A stretch of DNA of 64,000 bases from Alphaproteobacteria bacterium (lineage in GTDB: Bacteria > Pseudomonadota > Alphaproteobacteria > SP197). The notes under the pieces were generated by a model. That model searched no databases and had not been told where the DNA came from. It saw only the letters and a list, made by a program, of their open reading frames with translations. Location: contig OZ245842.1 in NCBI GenBank assembly GCA_965228895.1, forward strand, positions 3,840,001-3,904,000, read 5' to 3'. Numbering within the stretch: the stretch's first letter is position 1; each line of letters starts with the position of its first letter. Below are positions 7,776-17,573 of the stretch, in pieces. A program made the position numbers and the translations under genes.

Positions 7776-8990
7776 TCAGACCCCCTGATACATGCGGCCG
7801 GGGTTTAGGACCGCGCGCGGGTCGAACCCTTCCTTGATGCGCCGCGTCAAACGGAAGCGTTCATCCGGTTGCGGATGAAAGACGGGTACCTCTGCCTTCA
7901 GCGCATCCGGCGCGACCATCAAGGTCGCGTGGCCGCCCGCCTCATCCGCTGCAGCCCGGACCGCGAGCGCCCGGTCGCGATCGGCCGGACCCGCCAACCA
8001 GATCAAACCGCCGCCCCAATCGAGGTAACCGGCTAAGTGCGCGTCTTCGGTCAGCGTCTCAAACAACGAACCGCCGGCGGCCGGCGGCACGGAGAGGCGC
8101 CAGACCATGTCGCCGCCTGCCAGGGACGCGACATCGCGGATCTCGCGCCACAACGTGCCGGAGTTCATGCCGTGCAGCTCTTCGACCGCGCCATGGGGTG
8201 CGACCATATCCTTGATCGCCGCCAATCGCGTGGCGGTCGAGGCGGGCGGGCCTTCCAGTCTGATCGCGGCCACCGAGGAAGCGGCACCGGAGACGTAGGA
8301 GACAGTCGAGCGCTTCGCGCTCGCCACCGGCAGAAAGGCAGCGCCGGACACGTCATGGGGGCTGGAGAGCGCGGCGCCAAGGACTTCAACGGCGGCAGAC
8401 GCGTCGAGCCCAGCGACCAAAATCGTGCGTGTCTTCTCGGCGGCCGGCAGCACCTTGACCGAAATCTCGGTCAACACGGCGAGCGTGCCGTAGGAGCCCG
8501 CCAAGAGCTTCATGACATCGTAGCCCGTGACGTTCTTCACCACCCGGCCACCGGCCTTGACGACTTCGCCCCTGCCCGTCACCGCCTGCAGTCCCAGAAA
8601 GTTGTCGCGTGCCGCACCGGCCTTGATGCGCCGCGGTCCCGACAGATTGGTCGCGATGACGCCGCCCAAGGTCGCGTGTTCGGCGGGCGCGCCCAACAGC
8701 GGTCCGAAGTCCGGCGGCTCGAAGGAGAGCTGCTGGTTCTTCTGGCGCAGCATGGCTTCGATCTCGGCGATCGGCGTCTGCGCCGCCGCGGTCAGCACCA
8801 GTTCCTCCGGCTCGTAATCGGTAACGCCGGAGAGGCCCGTGAGATCGAGCACGCGCGGCGCCGTGACGCCATAACCCAGTCCGCGCTTCGTGCCGGCGCC
8901 GACCACTTCCATCGGCTCGCCTTCCGCCGCCGCCCAAGCGAGCGCGTCGGCAACACCCTGGGCATCGCGCGGCCTGACGATCTCAGTCAT
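7776..8990 (-). CDS. glcE: Glycolate oxidase FAD-binding subunit
   Basis: DYEPEELV, GGRVVKNVTGYD, FDPRAVLNPGRM. Confidence 0.93.
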   Translation of the reverse strand: MTEIVRPRDAQGVADALAWAAAEGEPMEVVGAGTKRGLGYGVTAPRVLDLTGLSGVTDYEPEELVLTAAAQTPIAEIEAMLRQKNQQLSFEPPDFGPLLGAPAEHATLGGVIATNLSGPRRIKAGAARDNFLGLQAVTGRGEVVKAGGRVVKNVTGYDVMKLLAGSYGTLAVLTEISVKVLPAAEKTRTILVAGLDASAAVEVLGAALSSPHDVSGAAFLPVASAKRSTVSYVSGAASSVAAIRLEGPPASTATRLAAIKDMVAPHGAVEELHGMNSGTLWREIRDVASLAGGDMVWRLSVPPAAGGSLFETLTEDAHLAGYLDWGGGLIWLAGPADRDRALAVRAAADEAGGHATLMVAPDALKAEVPVFHPQPDERFRLTRRIKEGFDPRAVLNPGRMYQGV

Positions 8991-9005
8991 GCGATATCCC
9001 AGGCA

Positions 9006-10493
9006 TCAGAACCGGGGGAGATCAGGGAACGGTAGCTGGCCGTGATGCACATGCATGCGGCCGAGTTCGGCGCAGCGATGCAGCGTCGGGAACACCTTGC
9101 CCGGGTTCAGCAAACCGTCGGGATCAAAGGCGCACTTGACCCGCTGCTGCTGCTTCAGGTCGGCCTCGTCGAACATGGTGCCCATCAGATCGCGTTTCTC
9201 GACACCGACGCCGTGTTCGCCCGTCAACACGCCGCCGACCTCGACGCACAACGTCAGGATCGCGGCACCCAGTTCCTCCGCACGCTCGAGGTCGCCGTCC
9301 TTGCCGGCGTCATACATGATGAGGGGATGCAAGTTGCCGTCGCCGGCGTGGAAGACATTGATAACGCCGAGCCCAAACTCCTCCGACAGCTCGCCCATAC
9401 GTTCTAGCACGTCGGCCAGGCGGCCGCGCGGTATCGTGCCGTCCATGCAGTAATAGTCGGGCGACAGCTTGCCGACGGCGGGGAACGCGGATTTCCGACC
9501 GAGCCAGAAACGCTGGCGTTCGTCTTCATTTGCACTCTGTCGGATGGTCGACGCGTTGCACGCCCTGGCGATGTCGCTGACTCGCGCCGTCAGCTCCTCG
9601 ACCTCGGCTTCCGGCCCGTCGAGCTCGCAGATCAAAAGCGCTTCGGCATCCAGCGGGTAACCGGCCTTGCAGTAGTCCTCGGTGGCGCGCACGCAGGCGT
9701 TATCCATCAGCTCCAGGCCGGCGGGAATAATGCCCGCCGCGATGATGTCGGCGACACAACGCCCGGCATCGGTCATCGCGTCAAAACCGAGCAACAGTGC
9801 CGTCGCCGTCGGCGGTTTGGGCAGGATACGCACGGTGACCTCGGTGATGACGCCCAAGAGACCTTCTGAGCCGGTCATGATGCCCAGCATGTCGTAACCG
9901 TCAGCATCGAAATGTTTGCCGCCGATGCGCACGACATCGCCGTTCATCAGGACGATCTCGAGACCCAGCAGATTGTTGGTGGTGACGCCATACTTCAGGC
10001 AGTGCACACCGCCGGAGTTCTCCGCCACGTTGCCACCGATGGAACACGCGATCTGGCTCGACGGGTCCGGCGCATAATAGAAGCCAGCCGCGTCGACGGC
10101 CTGCGATATCGCCAGATTGGTCACGCCGGGCTGCACGACGACGGCCCGGTTGGGATAGTCGATCTCCAGAATGCGGTTGAACTTGCCGAGCGCCAGGATG
10201 ATGCCGTCTTCCAGCGGCAGCGCGCCGCCGGAAAGGCCTGTGCCCGAACCGCGCGGCACGACCTTCACCTTATGCTCGGCGCACAGCTTCAGGACATCCG
10301 CAACCTCGGCCGTGGTCTCCGGCAGAACGACGGCCAGTGGCAGGGCGCGATAAGCCGACAGGCCGTCGCATTCGAAGGCGCGCAGGCCCGTTTCGTCGGC
10401 GACCACCTTTTCACCCGGCAAAAGTTCGGCGAGAGCGGCGACAAACGTCGCCCGCCCCGCCATAACGTCCTGATCGGGTTCCGGCATCAACAT
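9006..10493 (-). CDS. glcD: Glycolate oxidase subunit GlcD
   Basis: YAPDPSSQIACSIGGNVAENSGGVHCLKYG, HAGDGNLHP, TGEHGVGVEK. Confidence 0.95.
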   Translation of the reverse strand: MLMPEPDQDVMAGRATFVAALAELLPGEKVVADETGLRAFECDGLSAYRALPLAVVLPETTAEVADVLKLCAEHKVKVVPRGSGTGLSGGALPLEDGIILALGKFNRILEIDYPNRAVVVQPGVTNLAISQAVDAAGFYYAPDPSSQIACSIGGNVAENSGGVHCLKYGVTTNNLLGLEIVLMNGDVVRIGGKHFDADGYDMLGIMTGSEGLLGVITEVTVRILPKPPTATALLLGFDAMTDAGRCVADIIAAGIIPAGLELMDNACVRATEDYCKAGYPLDAEALLICELDGPEAEVEELTARVSDIARACNASTIRQSANEDERQRFWLGRKSAFPAVGKLSPDYYCMDGTIPRGRLADVLERMGELSEEFGLGVINVFHAGDGNLHPLIMYDAGKDGDLERAEELGAAILTLCVEVGGVLTGEHGVGVEKRDLMGTMFDEADLKQQQRVKCAFDPDGLLNPGKVFPTLHRCAELGRMHVHHGQLPFPDLPRF

Positions 10494-10671
10494 GGTCTTG
10501 CCTACGTCTTACGATCGTCGAGAGCACCTAGATTGCCTGCCCGGCTTGCCACGTCAACGCCGGTGGGATCAATCATCGCCCCTTGCAGGCGCCAGAAACA
10601 GCAGCGCCGGGCAGTGCCCGGCGCGAAAACATCTCAAAAAACGCCCGAAAGCGGCCGAAAACGGCTCCTGA

Positions 10672-10797
10672 TCAGCCCTGGCGGGCCTTGAAGCGGGGAT
10701 TCTGCTTGTTGATGACGTAGACACGGCCCTTGCGCCGGATCACCCGGCACTTCTGGTGGCGTGTCTTCATCGATTTGATCGAATTGACGACTTTCAT
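10672..10797 (-). CDS. rpmJ: 50S ribosomal protein L36 (type B, zinc-free form); absent from the supplied ORF track
   Basis: Manual translation [41 protein letters not shown]; GGAGG SD upstream. Confidence 0.97.
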   Translation of the reverse strand: MKVVNSIKSMKTRHQKCRVIRRKGRVYVINKQNPRFKARQG

Positions 10798-10903
10798 GGT
10801 CTTTCCTCCAGCGCAGCCAGCGGGCGCGCCGCTTCGTTCCGAAATTCAAGGCGCGGACCATACTGATCCGGCCACGCCACGTCAACGGGCGGCAGGTGTA
10901 AGA

Positions 10904-11401
10904 CTAGGAATAGGCGATCGCCAGGACTTCCAGATCGATATCGCCGGCCGGGCGTTTCCAGGTGACGATATCGCCGACGCCGGCGCCATCGAGCGCGCGC
11001 GCCAGGGGCGAGACCCAGCTGACCTTGCCGGCATCGAAGTCCGCCTCGTCTTCGCCGACGATTGAGTAGGTGTGTTTCTCACCGTCCTCGCCGGCGACTT
11101 GCACGGCGGCGCCAAAAGCGACCTTGTCGGCGGGTTGATCGGCGGGCTCGATCAACTCGGCATGGTAGAGACGACCCTCGATGTATCGGAGATCGCGCTC
11201 GACATGGGCGAGCTGGCTCTTTTCTACAATGTCCTCGGAGCCGGCCAGACGCTCACGTTCCTTCTCGAGCTTGGCCTGGCGCGCCTCAAGATCCTTTAGA
11301 CCCTGGGGCGTCACACGGTTGGGAATGGGCTCCTGCGGCAATTCCGGCAGGTCATCGGCGACCGCGTCGCCGTCCGGTTCCCTAACAAAGGCTCTGCTCA
11401 T
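10904..11401 (-). CDS. GreA/GreB family elongation factor
   Basis: MSRAFVRE N-terminus; VAFGA, IVGEDEAD, VSWVSPLARAL C-terminal domain. Confidence 0.85.
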   Translation of the reverse strand: MSRAFVREPDGDAVADDLPELPQEPIPNRVTPQGLKDLEARQAKLEKERERLAGSEDIVEKSQLAHVERDLRYIEGRLYHAELIEPADQPADKVAFGAAVQVAGEDGEKHTYSIVGEDEADFDAGKVSWVSPLARALDGAGVGDIVTWKRPAGDIDLEVLAIAYS

Positions 11402-11599
11402 CGGACATCTCCCACCATCCGGCGCTCAAAAACGTCGGTTTTTCAGGAACTTGGTCAAAATTGGCGCGGCCGCCGCCGCCCACGGCACCCGCGCAATACC
11501 CATTATTATATGGCGTCGGTGGTACCGCTGGCCAAGGGCCATTAGGAGATCTCGATGGTAGTGCGTACCAAAAACGATTTCTCGCAAACGGACAATTTT

Positions 11600-12619
11600 C
11601 TAGGCAATTCGACCCGATGGCGGATCACCGCGCAGGTGATCGGCGACAGCCGTGAACATGAGCCGGTAATCCGCCCACGGATCTTCCGGCGCGCCGCCGG
11701 CCACATGGGGGGTCAGGATGACGTTGGCGCCCTCGCGGGCCAGATTGACCAAGGGGTTGCCGGCCTCGACCGGCTCGACCGCGAAGGTGTCGAGTGCCGC
11801 GCCCGCCAGATGGCCGTCGCGGATCAGATCGGCCAACCCCGCTTCGTCGATGACGCCGCCGCTGCCGGCACTCACCAGGAAAGCGCCCGGTTTCATCGAT
11901 GCCAGCCGGTTACGGTCGAGGTACCCGGCCGTCTGATCGGTGTAGGGCAGTAGACACACAACGACATCGCTCGCCGCCAGCAGCGTCTCGTTATCGCGGT
12001 AGGCAATGCACAACGCGTCTTCGACCACATCGGGAAGACGACGGCGCCGGGCATAGAGCATCGTCAAGTTCCACGGCGCCAATCGCGCCGCCAACACCGC
12101 GCCAATCTCGCCCATACCCAGGATGCCGACCGTCATGCCGTCGAGATTTCGGTGGTCGCGCCGTTTCGACCAGTTGTACGCGAAGGTGTCTTCGTCGGTC
12201 CGCCGCCGCTCGGCCCAGTCGTCACCGGCCGCTTCCGCGATCGCCTGGACTGCGGGCAAACGGTGCAGCAGCGCAAGGATCTGCAAGACCGTGAACTCGG
12301 CCACCGCCACGGCGCCCTCCTGATAGCGCTGGCAGACGATGACGTCCTTCTCTTTTGCCGCCGCCAGATCGATGTCGTGGGTCAGGGCCCCGAGCCGCAG
12401 GACGAGCCGCAGGTTGGGTGCGGCATCCAGCAACGCGGCGTCGATGCGCCCAACCCGTTCGCTCACCAAATAAGTCGCGTCGGCAAGCGCGGTCTTCAGA
12501 GCCGCCTGGTCGGGCGACCGCAACATGACGAGGTCGACGCCGTCGGGCGCAACCGTCGCGGTCGCTTCCTGGTGGTAAGCACTGCGCTCCGTCGTGAACA
12601 CAAGACGGGGTTTGGCCAT
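11600..12619 (-). CDS. D-isomer-specific 2-hydroxyacid dehydrogenase family protein
   Basis: VAEF, GILGMGEIG, MKPGA, AALDTFAVEP, LTPHVAG. Confidence 0.85.
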   Translation of the reverse strand: MAKPRLVFTTERSAYHQEATATVAPDGVDLVMLRSPDQAALKTALADATYLVSERVGRIDAALLDAAPNLRLVLRLGALTHDIDLAAAKEKDVIVCQRYQEGAVAVAEFTVLQILALLHRLPAVQAIAEAAGDDWAERRRTDEDTFAYNWSKRRDHRNLDGMTVGILGMGEIGAVLAARLAPWNLTMLYARRRRLPDVVEDALCIAYRDNETLLAASDVVVCLLPYTDQTAGYLDRNRLASMKPGAFLVSAGSGGVIDEAGLADLIRDGHLAGAALDTFAVEPVEAGNPLVNLAREGANVILTPHVAGGAPEDPWADYRLMFTAVADHLRGDPPSGRIA

Positions 12620-12622
12620 GCC

Positions 12623-13879
12623 TTAGAACCGGTCGGCGCGGAACGGTTTGAGGTCGACGCCGGGGTCTCGGTCGGCGACGAGGTCGGCCACGATCCGACC
12701 GCTGTTGGCGGCCATGCTGAGACCCAGATGCTGGTGTCCGAAGTCGAACCAGACATTGCTGAAACCCGCCGCCGCGCCCAGAACAGGAAGATAGTCCGGC
12801 ATGGTCGGACGGCAACCCATCCAGCGCGTCGTTTCCGTCGCGATCGACGGGTCGAGATCGCGAAAGACGGTGCGGCCAAGCTGATAGACGTTATCGGCGC
12901 GCGCCAGGTTCTCCGGTGCGTCGACACTTGCCAACTCGACCGTGCCGGCAAAGCGGATGCCTTCGTCCATCTGGTTGATGCCGCAATGGCGCTCGCCATG
13001 CAGCACCGGCCGGGTCAGACCGGTGTCGATACCATGGAAGACCGTGTGATAGCCGCGCTCGGTATCGAGCAGCACCTTCAGGCCCATCATCTTGGCGACA
13101 CGCGCCGACCACGCGCCGGCAGCGACAACCAGCCGGTTGACGGCGATGTCGCCTTGATCCGTCTCCAAAACCGTCACCCGGCCGTTGCCGTGCTGCAGAC
13201 CGGTGACATCGGCCTGAACAACCGTGCCGCCATTGGCGACAAAATCATCGGCCAGGCCGCTCGTCAGCTTATACGGATTCACCGTGCTGTAGCTTTGCGG
13301 CAGGTAGGTCGCGTGCTTGAGCTTCGGCGTCAGCACCGGCTCCATCTGGCGCAGTTCGTCGGCGCCCAGTTCCTCCAGCGTCGCGCCCATCTTTGTCAGG
13401 ATGCCGCGCTCCCTGGCGCCTCCGGCAAAACCCTCATCGGTCTCATAGACCAGCAACATGCCGTTGCGCCGAATGAGCGGCGCAACGGAACTATCGGCGG
13501 TCAGCACGTCATAGGCCGTCGTGTTGCCCGCCAGAAGATCATAGAGCGCGCGGGCACCGGCCATCCGGCGGCCATGCGGCGCGGCACGCATGAAGTGGAA
13601 GAGCCACGGCGCCAGACGCGGAAGATAACGCCAGCGCATGATGAGCGGGCTGCTTGCGTCGAACAGCATATGCGGCAGATCGCGCAACACGCCGAACGAG
13701 GGCAGCGGTATCGCCGCATCCGTGCTGCAGATTATGCCCGCGTTACCAAACGAACAGGACATGCCCGGTGCGACCCGGTCGACAATCGTGACTGTCAGAC
13801 CGTCGCGTTGCAGGAACAGGCCGGCGCAAACGCCGACAATGCCGGCGCCAATGATCGTCACGTCCGCACTGGCACTCAT
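12623..13879 (-). CDS. FAD-dependent D-amino acid dehydrogenase-like oxidoreductase
   Basis: IIGAGIVG, SFGNAG, AAGAWS, ERGYH, WMGCRPTMPDYLP, FGHQHLG. Confidence 0.88.
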   Translation of the reverse strand: MSASADVTIIGAGIVGVCAGLFLQRDGLTVTIVDRVAPGMSCSFGNAGIICSTDAAIPLPSFGVLRDLPHMLFDASSPLIMRWRYLPRLAPWLFHFMRAAPHGRRMAGARALYDLLAGNTTAYDVLTADSSVAPLIRRNGMLLVYETDEGFAGGARERGILTKMGATLEELGADELRQMEPVLTPKLKHATYLPQSYSTVNPYKLTSGLADDFVANGGTVVQADVTGLQHGNGRVTVLETDQGDIAVNRLVVAAGAWSARVAKMMGLKVLLDTERGYHTVFHGIDTGLTRPVLHGERHCGINQMDEGIRFAGTVELASVDAPENLARADNVYQLGRTVFRDLDPSIATETTRWMGCRPTMPDYLPVLGAAAGFSNVWFDFGHQHLGLSMAANSGRIVADLVADRDPGVDLKPFRADRF

Positions 13880-13957
13880 GGCATCGATCCGAAAGGTTCG
13901 TTCATACGGTCTTGTATCATTGTCACACCCCGGCGCGCGGCATGGGAAGGCTCCGGT

Positions 13958-15154
13958 TCATGCGTCCCTGCTGAGGCTCTTGCGCAGGAACTCCAACGCG
14001 CTGATGACGGCATAGTTGCGCAGGCGCCGCCGGTCACCGGGTAACGCCACGGTTGCCGCGTGGCCGCCCGACGACGTGGCGATCGCGGCGAAGACGGTGC
14101 CGGGCGCGAAGTCGCGGTGATTGCTGGGCGTAACGGCGGCAAGACCATAGGTCGCATCGAACGTGGTGCGCGCCTCGTTTGCCATGGTGATCGCGTCTTC
14201 CTGAACAGCGACATGACCTTCCGGCGCCTCCGTGAGCGAGCCGGCGAAGACGGCGTGTTCCGGGTCCACAGCCGTCATGCGGGTCGCCATCAAACCGCCG
14301 GTCAGGCTTTCGTGGAGCGCCAGGGTCTCGGCGCGACGACGCAGGGTTTCCAGCACGACCGATTCCATGGTCTCGTCATCGACCGCAAAGATGATGTCGC
14401 CGAGCACCTCCCTGACCAGCGCCTCTTCGGCCGACAAGACCGCGTCGGCGGCGTCCTCGTCGGCCGCCTTGACGGTGAGCCGAACCTTGAGCCCTTCGAT
14501 GCCGCTGGCCTGGAATGCGATGGTCGCGTGGCCGGTCTCGTCGAGCTTGTCGAGGTGTGGCTCAAGCGTTTCGGCCAAGCCTGATTCGCTCATGCCCCAG
14601 GTCTTCAAGATACGGCTGCGGATCACCGCGGTCTCGCCGCTGCGCCGTCTGAGGTCAGGCAGGATGGTGCCTTCCATCATCTCGTGCATCTCATAAGGCA
14701 CGCCGGGCACCGCATAGATCACCTTGTCGCCGATTGGGCAGACCAGGCCCGGGGCTGTGCCCGGCATTTCGGCGATCACCGACGCCCCTTCGGGCACGTC
14801 CGCCTGGCGTTTGTTGTTATCGGTCATCTCCCGGCCGCGTGCCTCGAACATCTCGCGGATCTTGTCGACGATCGTTTCGTCGCGGTGCAGCGCGACGCCC
14901 ATGACATCGGCAATGACATCGCGGGTAATGTCGTCCTGGGTTGGGCCAAGACCGCCGCAGCAAATGACCGCATCGGCGCGATCGAGTGCCTGGCGCAGGC
15001 AAAACGCGATGCGCTCGGCGTTATCGCCGACCTTGACCTGGAAGTGGCAATCTATACCGGCCAGAGCCAGTTGCTCGCCGATCCATGACGAATTGCTGTC
15101 GATAATCTGGCCCAACAGCAGCTCGGTGCCGATGGCAACGACCTCACAACGCAT
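13958..15154 (-). CDS. cinA: CinA family protein (MocF-like domain plus degenerate PncC domain)
   Basis: IGTELLLGQIIDSN, VGDN, GGLGPTQDDITR, GTAPG, PGVPYEM, ESLTGG. Confidence 0.85.
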   Translation of the reverse strand: MRCEVVAIGTELLLGQIIDSNSSWIGEQLALAGIDCHFQVKVGDNAERIAFCLRQALDRADAVICCGGLGPTQDDITRDVIADVMGVALHRDETIVDKIREMFEARGREMTDNNKRQADVPEGASVIAEMPGTAPGLVCPIGDKVIYAVPGVPYEMHEMMEGTILPDLRRRSGETAVIRSRILKTWGMSESGLAETLEPHLDKLDETGHATIAFQASGIEGLKVRLTVKAADEDAADAVLSAEEALVREVLGDIIFAVDDETMESVVLETLRRRAETLALHESLTGGLMATRMTAVDPEHAVFAGSLTEAPEGHVAVQEDAITMANEARTTFDATYGLAAVTPSNHRDFAPGTVFAAIATSSGGHAATVALPGDRRRLRNYAVISALEFLRKSLSRDA

Positions 15155-15225
15155 AAAAGGAACCTCACAAAGGCGGGTGACGGTATTATACTGACATTTC
15201 GATGTGTCGACGACGGAGCCCCCGC

Positions 15226-16182
15226 ATGCCGAACGCCCTCAACATCGTGTCGCCGGATCTTGCCCACGATGCCATGGCCGCCTCGCTACTGGAACACGGC
15301 TATATTGTCATTGAGGAATTGGCGCCTGACCTGACGGCGCGGGCGCTGGGCGACCTCAAACCCCATATCGAGGCCGCGCCTTTCGGTCCTTCCGAGTTTC
15401 TGGGCCGGCGCACAAAACGTGTGGGCAGCTTGTTGCGCCACTCCCAGGCCGCGCGGGAACTGGTTGTCCATCCCGCGGTCATGGCGTTGTGCGACCTGAC
15501 ACTGCTGCCCCACTGCGCGCGCTATCAGCTCAACTTCTCAGGTGTCATGCACCTGGAACCAGGCGCCGGCGCGCAGACCTTGCACCGCGACGGCGGCCTC
15601 TATCCCATGCTGCACCCTCACCCGCCGATGATCATGCCGGCCATGTGGGCACTGAGCGACTTCACGAGCGAGAACGGCGGCACGCAGGTGGCGCCGGGCA
15701 GCCACATGTGGGCGCACGACCGCACGCCGATGACTGACGAAGTGGTGAACGCGGAAATGCCGGCTGGTTCGGTCTTGATCTATACCGGCGGCCTTTATCA
15801 TGGCGGCGGCGCAAACCGGTCGAACCGGGCAAGGACCGGCATGGCCCTGCAGTACTCGTTGGGTTGGCTGCGCCAGGAAGAAAATCAGTACCTCGCCAAT
15901 CCGCCGGAGGTCGCCAAAGACTACCCCGAGCGCCTGCAGCGGCTGATCGGCTATGACTATGGTGGGCCCTACCTGGGTTTCTTCAACGGCGACGATCCCC
16001 ACCGGGTGCTCGAAACCGATTACGATGGCGCTGCCCAACGTACCAACCCGGACCTCGACGCGGCGGCCGACAACGTTGAATGGCTGCGCTGGGGCAACAT
16101 GGCAGCGGTACCAACGCCGGACCGCGTCGGCGAATTGGCAGAGGCGGCAACGCAGCGGCCCGACAAACTCAGCGCCGATTAG
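15226..16182 (+). CDS. Phytanoyl-CoA dioxygenase family Fe(II)/2OG oxygenase
   Basis: QTLHRD, WALSDFTSENGGT, PGSH, HGGGAN, GWLRQEENQYL. Confidence 0.88.
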   Translation: MPNALNIVSPDLAHDAMAASLLEHGYIVIEELAPDLTARALGDLKPHIEAAPFGPSEFLGRRTKRVGSLLRHSQAARELVVHPAVMALCDLTLLPHCARYQLNFSGVMHLEPGAGAQTLHRDGGLYPMLHPHPPMIMPAMWALSDFTSENGGTQVAPGSHMWAHDRTPMTDEVVNAEMPAGSVLIYTGGLYHGGGANRSNRARTGMALQYSLGWLRQEENQYLANPPEVAKDYPERLQRLIGYDYGGPYLGFFNGDDPHRVLETDYDGAAQRTNPDLDAAADNVEWLRWGNMAAVPTPDRVGELAEAATQRPDKLSAD

Positions 16183-16914
16183 TCAGCCGGAAAGCCAGGG
16201 GGGCTGCGGCAGCGTGTGGAAGAGATCCTTTAGGCCAGCGCTATAGCTATCGCGCAGGCTGATGAGGTAGTCGTCATCAGCCTCGATACGCCGATAGGTC
16301 TCAGGCGTCAGGGTATCCTTCGCGTAGCACAACAGATCGATGGGCGGCGCGACCGACAGATTGCTGCGGATCGTCGCGTCCATCGACAGCACGGCGCATT
16401 TGCAGGCGTCAACGAGATTGCTGTCATGGCGGATCATGCGCACCAGGATCGGCTTGCCGTACTTGGTTTCGCCGATCTGCAGGAACGGCGTGTCCTCGCT
16501 CGCCTCAATGAAATTCCCGGCGGCATAGATCTCGAACAGACGGTGGGGCTCACCGGCAATCTGCCCGGCCAGAATGAAACTGGCATTCGGATTGCCATAG
16601 GGTTCGACATAGCTGGCGTCGCGCGCCAGGACTTTCCTCAACGTGTCGCCGACAAGTTGGGCGGCGTCGAACAGTGTCTTCGCCGACATCATGGTCGGCC
16701 CGTCGCAATCGTCGCAGTCCTGCTGCAGCTGGGTCACGACCGCCTGTGTCGTCGCCAGATTTCCCGACGACATCAAGGCGATCATGCGGTCGCCGTCTCG
16801 GTGGAAAAACGTGAGCTTGCGTGTCAAAGCGATCTGGTCGACGCCGGCATTGGTTCTGGAATCGGCTGCCAGAACCAGGCCATCGTCAAGCAGGATACCC
16901 ACACAATAGGTCAT
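16183..16914 (-). CDS. Proteasome-type Ntn protease (Anbu)
   Basis: MTYCVG...ADSRTNAGVD, SGNLATTQ, GNFIEA, QIGETKYGKPIL, DATIRSNLSV; N-terminal Thr nucleophile. Confidence 0.9.
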   Translation of the reverse strand: MTYCVGILLDDGLVLAADSRTNAGVDQIALTRKLTFFHRDGDRMIALMSSGNLATTQAVVTQLQQDCDDCDGPTMMSAKTLFDAAQLVGDTLRKVLARDASYVEPYGNPNASFILAGQIAGEPHRLFEIYAAGNFIEASEDTPFLQIGETKYGKPILVRMIRHDSNLVDACKCAVLSMDATIRSNLSVAPPIDLLCYAKDTLTPETYRRIEADDDYLISLRDSYSAGLKDLFHTLPQPPWLSG

Positions 16915-16923
16915 GACGTCATC

Positions 16924-17047
16924 CTAGAGCAGTTCCTGTTTTGATGGCATCAATGCAGGTGAATCTGCTCCACTCATAGATAAAGAGCGGATTCACATGG
17001 TTGGGTGGAACCATCAAGCGGTTCAACCCAACCACGAACCGCTCTAG
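16924..17047. repeat. CTAG-bounded double-hairpin repeat, copy 2
   Basis: CTAGAGCAG...GTGAATCTGCTC...AGAGCGGATTCACATGG...ACCGCTCTAG; first hairpin internally shortened. Confidence 0.88.
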
Positions 17048-17532
17048 CCTGACTTTCGCTTGATGCCGACTCCCTGACCCGATTCCGGCGGGCGCCCCAG
17101 TTTTTCGTGGGCCGCGTGTACCGCTTCCAGATGCCGGCGCGCCTCGTCGGGAAACGGTGCCGGTTTACGTTGCTCCACGTCGATCTGAATTTCGATGATC
17201 TCGTAAAGCGCGGCGACATAGTCATCGCGTGTCTGATGCAGGTGATGAAACGTGACGAGCTTGTTGTGGTCGCAGTCGACCAGTCGCGACGTCACCAGCA
17301 GGGGATCGCCCAGCATCACCTCGCGGCGAAACCACGATGTTTCCTGCAGCGCGAAGATCGTGTGGCCGCGCGCCTTCAGCACCTCCCTAGAGATGCCGAG
17401 GAACCCGTAAAACTGCGTGACGCTCTTGTCGAACACATGGGTATAGGACCGGATGCCCATATGGCCATTGTGATCGACCCATTCCGGTTGGACAGTGGTG
17501 CGGAACTCGGCGAACGGTGCCGGGACACTCAT
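17044..17532 (-). CDS. Hot-dog fold acyl-CoA thioesterase family protein
   Basis: VQPEWVDHNGHM motif. Confidence 0.82.
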   Translation of the reverse strand: MSVPAPFAEFRTTVQPEWVDHNGHMGIRSYTHVFDKSVTQFYGFLGISREVLKARGHTIFALQETSWFRREVMLGDPLLVTSRLVDCDHNKLVTFHHLHQTRDDYVAALYEIIEIQIDVEQRKPAPFPDEARRHLEAVHAAHEKLGRPPESGQGVGIKRKSG

Positions 17533-17573
17533 ACGAAACTCCTCGATGTTAAGGGGCCGACTGACGCTTACGT

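Noticed and set aside
10672-10797. Zinc-free L36 as a sign of zinc-starvation paralog switching
   Set aside because: This form is the usual sole L36 in alphaproteobacteria; no L31 paralog or Zur box is evident
11555-11953. ORF with an AGGAGA SD starting in the intergenic gap
   Set aside because: After 15 codons it runs antisense through the dehydrogenase gene; no recognisable motif; at most a gene remnant
12152-14044. 630-aa plus-strand ORF
   Set aside because: Antisense shadow of well-supported minus-strand genes; no motifs; expected in high-GC DNA
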